Below are positions 58,895 to 64,000 of a stretch of 64,000 nt of DNA, one piece after another. The first letter of the stretch is position 1, and every line of letters begins with the position of its first letter. Under the pieces are notes generated by a model. That model saw only the letters and a list, made by a program, of their open reading frames with translations, had not been told where the DNA came from and searched no databases. The position numbers and the translations under genes were made by a program. The DNA comes from a virus. Location of the stretch: IMG/VR virus record IMGVR_UViG_3300020182_000012. The stretch is one strand, 5' to 3'.

Positions 58895-59347
58895 ATGTGG
58901 TATAGTCGTGTTACCCAAAATCTTGCAAATATTCCAGGGTTTATTACACACTTTGAGCAAGAAATACTTGCTGCAAAACGTGAATGCCAAGTTAGTGGTA
59001 TAGTTGAAAAGAATATCAGTGCCTTGCCGGGCATCACCGAGCATCGCTTTAACCAGCTTCAAGAGATTGAAGCGGTGCTTAACTTTCTCAACATACAACT
59101 GCGCAAGATTCGACGTAAGCACTTTCAAAAATATTTAGAAAACTATGGCCGTGCATTGAGCAGTAGAGATGCTGAAAAATATGTTGATGGCGAAGATGAA
59201 GTAATCGACTTCGAAACGTTGATCAATGAAGTTGCACTAATGCGTAATAGGTATCTGGGAATCATGAAAGGTTTAGATACCAAGCAATGGCAAATGGGAC
59301 ACATTGTGCGACTTCGCACAGCCGGAATGGAAGATATTGAAATTTAA
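58895..59347 (+). CDS. uvsY: Recombination mediator UvsY-like
   Basis: Helical protein near uvsX; AEKYVDGE, K.WQ...IV.LR.AG C-terminus. Confidence 0.7.
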   Translation: MWYSRVTQNLANIPGFITHFEQEILAAKRECQVSGIVEKNISALPGITEHRFNQLQEIEAVLNFLNIQLRKIRRKHFQKYLENYGRALSSRDAEKYVDGEDEVIDFETLINEVALMRNRYLGIMKGLDTKQWQMGHIVRLRTAGMEDIEI

Positions 59348-59396
59348 TCCTGCTTAGTTATTAAGATACATACAGTATGTACACAAGGATTAAAAA

Positions 59397-60155
59397 ATGA
59401 GCTCGTTTAGCAGCATTGAGTTAAAACACAATCATTTAATCGACAATATTCTGTCTTACATGACAGAGTATGATGATTTTATGGAAAGTGTAAGTAGAGT
59501 TCTTGACATTGGTTGTGATGTTGATGGAAAAACTATGACCTGGTGGGCAGATCGAGTTACCCGTGACAATCAGCAACCATTGAACATCAAATGTGTTGGT
59601 GTTAACACACATGATAAATTGATGGCCCGCCACGAGAACGTTTCGTATCAACGTGTAGACGATATTGAAAAATTTAATAGCAGTAAAAAAACATTTGATA
59701 TATTGCTATGCCACGACCAACTACAAAATCTAATAAACCCATACGAAGCATTATCTAATTGGTGGCATGTTGCTGAACAAGATGCTATGTTGATTGTAGC
59801 AGTACCGCAAACAACCAATGTGCAATTCAATGTACTTGAATATAATGTTCATTTAGAGCAAAAATATCATTATACTATGCCACAGTTGATATACATGCTA
59901 GCAGTTAGCGGATGGGATTGTCGTAGTGGTTTTTTCAAAAAAGATATAAATGATCCCTGGTTGTATGCACTAGTGTATCGCAGCAACATTGAACCAATGG
60001 ATCCCAAGACTACAAACTTGTACAAACTTGCTAGCGACACGGATTTGCTACCGGCAAGTGCAGAGGCCAGCATATCTAAGTACGGATATCTGCGTCAGCG
60101 AGATTTAATATTAGCTTGGTTAGACAAGAACAATATGTGGATGGAGCAACAGTAA
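59397..60155 (+). CDS. Class I SAM-dependent methyltransferase-like protein
   Basis: VLDIGC, FDILLCHD..Q...NP, LIVAVP. Confidence 0.7.
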   Translation: MSSFSSIELKHNHLIDNILSYMTEYDDFMESVSRVLDIGCDVDGKTMTWWADRVTRDNQQPLNIKCVGVNTHDKLMARHENVSYQRVDDIEKFNSSKKTFDILLCHDQLQNLINPYEALSNWWHVAEQDAMLIVAVPQTTNVQFNVLEYNVHLEQKYHYTMPQLIYMLAVSGWDCRSGFFKKDINDPWLYALVYRSNIEPMDPKTTNLYKLASDTDLLPASAEASISKYGYLRQRDLILAWLDKNNMWMEQQ

Positions 60156-60167
60156 GGAGAAAAAATA

Positions 60168-60521
60168 ATGGGAGTTCGAGCCGGTAAAATCTGGGGTAAC
60201 ACAGAACTGATTCATGCAAACGGTGCATTGGAGTTTCACCGTATTGAATACAAAGCAGGATACAAATGTTCAGAGCACGAGCATCAGTTTAAATGGAATG
60301 GCTTTTTTGTAGAGTCAGGCAAGATGCTGGTGCGTGTATGGCAAGATGATCAAGGACTAGTTGATGAAACTATTCTCGAAGCAGGAGACTTCACACAAGT
60401 CAAACCTGGCAAGATTCATCAGTTCGAAGGACTTGAAGACGGTGTAGCATTTGAACTATACTGGGCAGAGTTTAATCACGATGACATTGTTCGTCGTACA
60501 AGTGGAACATCAGTTGGGTAA
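60168..60521 (+). CDS. Cupin-fold protein
   Basis: CSEHEH..K...F.VESG, PG..HQF. Confidence 0.8.
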   Translation: MGVRAGKIWGNTELIHANGALEFHRIEYKAGYKCSEHEHQFKWNGFFVESGKMLVRVWQDDQGLVDETILEAGDFTQVKPGKIHQFEGLEDGVAFELYWAEFNHDDIVRRTSGTSVG

Positions 60522-60777
60522 ACTAAAACCAAACGAAGCGTTGATATACGAGCGTGCCGACGGTGTTGTGTACGCTCGTTATCGTGACCCACCACACAAC
60601 ACAATACCAAGATGGATTATAGGTGGCGATCCTGCAGGTGTAGCAAGAGCACAAGGTACGTTATTTGGATACGATGAATGGCGAGATATGCAACTAATAG
60701 CAGATCAAAATCCTGCATTAAAGAAACAACTTGACAGACTATTAATAATGTATATGTTAACAAAAGAAGACACATGA
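60514..60777 (+). CDS. Hypothetical protein
   Basis: TTG start overlapping the cupin stop; MGKLKP...IYERADGVVYAR. Confidence 0.6.
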   Translation: MGKLKPNEALIYERADGVVYARYRDPPHNTIPRWIIGGDPAGVARAQGTLFGYDEWRDMQLIADQNPALKKQLDRLLIMYMLTKEDT

Positions 60778-61547
60778 GAATTATAGCAGGACCATGTCAG
60801 CACGAATCACTTGCACAAAGTGTAGCAATTGCCGAAACTTGTGCAAGAGTTTGCAGCAAGTACGACATTGAATATTACTTCAAAGCCAGTTATGACAAAG
60901 CAAACCGTACTAGTGTAAACGGAAAACGCGGTCTTGGTCTTGCAAGAACTATGCAAGACTTTGAAATCATGAAGCAAGAAATTCCTAGTTTGAAAACACT
61001 CACTGATGTACATACTTCATCACAAATCAATGCAATGGGTGCATATCCAGATGCTGTTGATGTACTACAGATTCCTGCGTTCCTTTGTCGACAAACTGAT
61101 CTTATTCAAGCAGCATGTGCTACAGGTAAAATTGTAAACATTAAAAAAGGACAGTTCCTTGCTCCGTGGGACATTGCAGGTATACTAAGTAAGTGCAAAG
61201 ACGCTAAAGAAGTTTGGATTACAGAGAGAGGTACTAGCTTTGGATATAATACTTTGGTTGTTGATTTCACCGGCCTTAACTATATGCTTGATAACTTTGA
61301 TTGTCCTATTGTATTGGACGCCACGCACAGTGTACAAAAACCAGGTGGCAACGGAAGTAGCAGCGGTGGCAATAGGGATTATATTCCTGGCTTGGCTCGT
61401 GCAGCAAGTGCTTTGGGTATTACAAATTTCTTTTTAGAAGTACACGCTGATCCAGACAACGCACCCAGCGACGGGCCCAACATGTTACGCTTAGAAGATT
61501 TTGAGGAGGTAGTCGATGACATCCACCGCTATTCTTATACCCGCTAG
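60774..61547 (+). CDS. kdsA: Kdo-8-phosphate synthase
   Basis: IAGPC, KASYDKANRTS, QIPAFLCRQTD, KKGQFL, ERG.SFGY, DATHSVQ, SDG. Confidence 0.96.
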   Translation: MRIIAGPCQHESLAQSVAIAETCARVCSKYDIEYYFKASYDKANRTSVNGKRGLGLARTMQDFEIMKQEIPSLKTLTDVHTSSQINAMGAYPDAVDVLQIPAFLCRQTDLIQAACATGKIVNIKKGQFLAPWDIAGILSKCKDAKEVWITERGTSFGYNTLVVDFTGLNYMLDNFDCPIVLDATHSVQKPGGNGSSSGGNRDYIPGLARAASALGITNFFLEVHADPDNAPSDGPNMLRLEDFEEVVDDIHRYSYTR

Positions 61548-62211
61548 ATACGGCAGCACACGTTTTCCTGGTAAGCCATTATGTGAACTAGATGGCAAAA
61601 CTATGATTGAGAGGGTGTATAACACCTGCAAGGCAACAGGGTTACCAACATATGTGCTTACTGATGATGTACGCATTGCTAGTGTGTTTCAAAATACAAG
61701 TGTTATTATAGACGACACAGACTACGCAAACGGTACTGAAAGATGCGCAGGTGCTATTAATTTAGACTATATGAAAAAGTACGATCAATTTATAAACGTA
61801 CAAGGTGACATGCCTGATGTAACATTAGAAATGATTGAAAAAACTAAATGGCACTTACAGCATTATTCTGTAACAACAATGTTCACTAAAATGAAATCTG
61901 AACTACAAGCTGATCCTAATTCTGTTAAGATGGTACGTGCAGGAGACAAATCATTATGGTTTGGTAGAGGCATGACAGGATACGGCGATCATCATCTTGG
62001 TATATATGGTTATAAACGTAACTCGTTGGAACATTATCTAACATTAAGTGTAACCACAGAAGAAGAGACTGAACAGTTAGAACAACTGCGATGGCTTAAA
62101 GCTGGATACGACATTGGCTGCTTGAGTACAATGTTTGATGGTATAGAAATCAACACACCAGAAGATGCAAAACGTTGGTGCACAAAAAGGCATACTAACT
62201 ATGAAAACTAA
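61516..62211 (+). CDS. kdsB: CMP-Kdo synthetase
   Basis: IPARYGSTRFPGKPL, GTER, INVQGD, H.GIYGY, EQLEQLRWL. Confidence 0.93.
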   Translation: MTSTAILIPARYGSTRFPGKPLCELDGKTMIERVYNTCKATGLPTYVLTDDVRIASVFQNTSVIIDDTDYANGTERCAGAINLDYMKKYDQFINVQGDMPDVTLEMIEKTKWHLQHYSVTTMFTKMKSELQADPNSVKMVRAGDKSLWFGRGMTGYGDHHLGIYGYKRNSLEHYLTLSVTTEEETEQLEQLRWLKAGYDIGCLSTMFDGIEINTPEDAKRWCTKRHTNYEN

Positions 62212-62926
62212 TGTGTTTTTAAAAATCGATAGAATGGATATGCATGCGGTGCATTGTCTGCGTTTTTGGTTGGAAACGTTTAAAGATTACCCAACGTGGA
62301 TATTGTGTGACAGAACCGAAGAAGATGGAAGTCGTCCCAAAATATTAGACACTTGTTTTATTGATTATCCGCAAACAAAATTTGTTGCCAGTGATAGAAG
62401 TTTAGTAAGTTATCTCAATGAGCTTAAACCCCGTAAGCGCAACATGGCAACCGCCAACTTAACAGGGTTTGAATTAAGCAAAGACAACAGTGACAACTTC
62501 TGGATGATTGATGCAGACGATACACAGTTTTTAACGCACAGGTGGGATGCACTCAATGATAAAATTCACAGTGCCGAAAACTATCTAGTAGAGCACAAGT
62601 TAGACGGATTTAGTTTAGATTTTTACAGTACACATAATGCAGGCTGGACCTTTGGTGTAGCATTGTTTCGTAGTGCCCTAGATTGGACACAGTTAACGCA
62701 AATTCCGGGCGACGAAATGCGCAACTTTATGTTTCCACGCAATATCGATGCTGCATTTCATTGTATGCGAGAAAGAAAACTGTGGAAGTTGGAAAGTTTT
62801 GTGTTTAGTGGCATGAGTTTTCAGCATGTGTACAACAATTATCCAGACATGGTCAACGGGGTTTACTACTGGAACAAAGGTAAACTGTGGGACATTCCTT
62901 TGCCTGAAAGAATTATTAGCATATGA
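62201..62926 (+). CDS. Hypothetical, possible GT-A glycosyltransferase
   Basis: WMIDADD DxD motif inside the sugar cluster. Confidence 0.5.
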   Translation: MKTNVFLKIDRMDMHAVHCLRFWLETFKDYPTWILCDRTEEDGSRPKILDTCFIDYPQTKFVASDRSLVSYLNELKPRKRNMATANLTGFELSKDNSDNFWMIDADDTQFLTHRWDALNDKIHSAENYLVEHKLDGFSLDFYSTHNAGWTFGVALFRSALDWTQLTQIPGDEMRNFMFPRNIDAAFHCMRERKLWKLESFVFSGMSFQHVYNNYPDMVNGVYYWNKGKLWDIPLPERIISI

Positions 62927-64000
62927 CATTGAATATAATAGTACAAGCAGGAGGCCGCGGAAGTAGACTGCGCCACCACACATGGAACAAGCCCAAGTGC
63001 TTGGTTAGTGTGCATGGAAAGCCTTTACTGTATCATTTGTTTGACAAGTTCTCGGATGCACGTTTTATTATTATCGGTGATTACTTGTATGAACAATTAG
63101 AAAACTATTTACAAGTTGATAGCCCTAATGTTGAATACAAACTAATTCGTGCAAATGAAAAAGGTACTTGTGCTGGCATTGCTCAAGCACTAGATGCAGT
63201 ACCCAAAGATGAACCAGTGTTGTTAACTTGGAGTGATTTGATCATCAATCATATTGCACCTTTTCCGGATAACACCGATCGTCCTATTGTGTGCTTAACT
63301 GATGCATTTACTTGTCGTTGGAGTATGCAACCAGATGGGCTTGTAGAGTCACCCGGTGAAACAAACGGTGTGCCGGGTATATTTTATTTTCCTACACGAG
63401 AGCATTTTCCAAAACCACCACTAAGTGGCGAGTTTGTTAAGTGGTTTAGTAATAATGTTGCTGATTTTGATACAGTTACAGAGCACCAGCTGGAAGAACT
63501 TGGTGACTTTGGGACAATAGAAGCAAACAACAGCAAACTAGGTTTTTGTAGATTCTTTAACAATGTCGATGTACAAGACGATGTTGTTGTAAAGCAAGCA
63601 ATTGATTCTGATTATGCACACTTGATAACACAAGAGCATGCGTGGTACAGTGCAATCAACGATTTGGGTTTTAAAAGAATACCAAGCGTAGGAGTAGACT
63701 CGCAACATCTTACAATGTCCAGAGTTAGAGGACAGCATGTGTGGGAAATACAGGATCTCACTGCAAGAGAACAGCGCAGTATGTTAGCAGACATTATTTA
63801 CACACTGCAAGACCTGCACAGCAAAGGGCAACAGCCTGCTAACAATGATCAAATAAAACATGTTTACATTGAAAAAACACAAAATAGAGTAAACAGTGTT
63901 AGTAAGATTATACCTGGATTTGATAAAGCAAGTTTCACAGTCAATGGCGTAAAATGTATTAATATATTTCATAGTACACATTCGCACTTGTGGAATCAAA
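62923..64000 (+). CDS. Sugar nucleotidyltransferase, probably fused to a kinase-like domain (3' truncated)
   Basis: MTLNIIVQAGGRGSRL...NKPKCL..V.GKP, LLTWSD; open to the window end so absent from the track. Confidence 0.85.
   Translation, partial: MTLNIIVQAGGRGSRLRHHTWNKPKCLVSVHGKPLLYHLFDKFSDARFIIIGDYLYEQLENYLQVDSPNVEYKLIRANEKGTCAGIAQALDAVPKDEPVLLTWSDLIINHIAPFPDNTDRPIVCLTDAFTCRWSMQPDGLVESPGETNGVPGIFYFPTREHFPKPPLSGEFVKWFSNNVADFDTVTEHQLEELGDFGTIEANNSKLGFCRFFNNVDVQDDVVVKQAIDSDYAHLITQEHAWYSAINDLGFKRIPSVGVDSQHLTMSRVRGQHVWEIQDLTAREQRSMLADIIYTLQDLHSKGQQPANNDQIKHVYIEKTQNRVNSVSKIIPGFDKASFTVNGVKCINIFHSTHSHLWNQ

Noticed and set aside
58884-58897. TAATAA-N5-ATG before the uvsY-like gene as a tenth leaderless cassette
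   Set aside because: Same spacing, but the hexamer deviates from TAARTA, so it was not counted
1-64000. Stop-codon reassignment and tRNA genes
   Set aside because: Core genes are full length in the standard code with all three stops used; no cloverleaf seen by eye in intergenic gaps (tRNAscan not run)

Overview
A 64-kb piece of a large T4-like (myovirus) dsDNA phage genome using the standard genetic code. I found no tRNA, rRNA, CRISPR array, integrase or reverse transcriptase. Most of the virion module is present in a scrambled order: gp26-like, tape measure, portal, protease, scaffold, major capsid protein, a 13-kb cluster of Ser/Thr-rich fibre/appendage genes, neck gp13/14/15, sheath, tube and split terminase genes. 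It is followed by gp32/UvsX/UvsY and the start of a Kdo/nucleotide-sugar cluster (kdsA, kdsB). Notable signals: (1) nine genes sit exactly 5 nt behind a late-promoter core (TAA[A/G]TA-N5-ATG) with no Shine-Dalgarno, implying leaderless late mRNAs; (2) a group of putative capsid-targeted polyproteins whose protease-site-bounded modules include a metallothionein-like and a bacteriocin-like peptide; (3) a -1 slippery site that could fuse the gp26-like gene to a small downstream ORF; (4) structured 5' leaders, including tandem covarying hairpins before gene 32 and a hairpin plus H-type pseudoknot before the gene at 10501; (5) sialyltransferase-like genes bracketing the fibre cluster together with CMP-Kdo synthesis, suggesting virion glycosylation. 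All family calls come from motif recognition by eye, not database searches.
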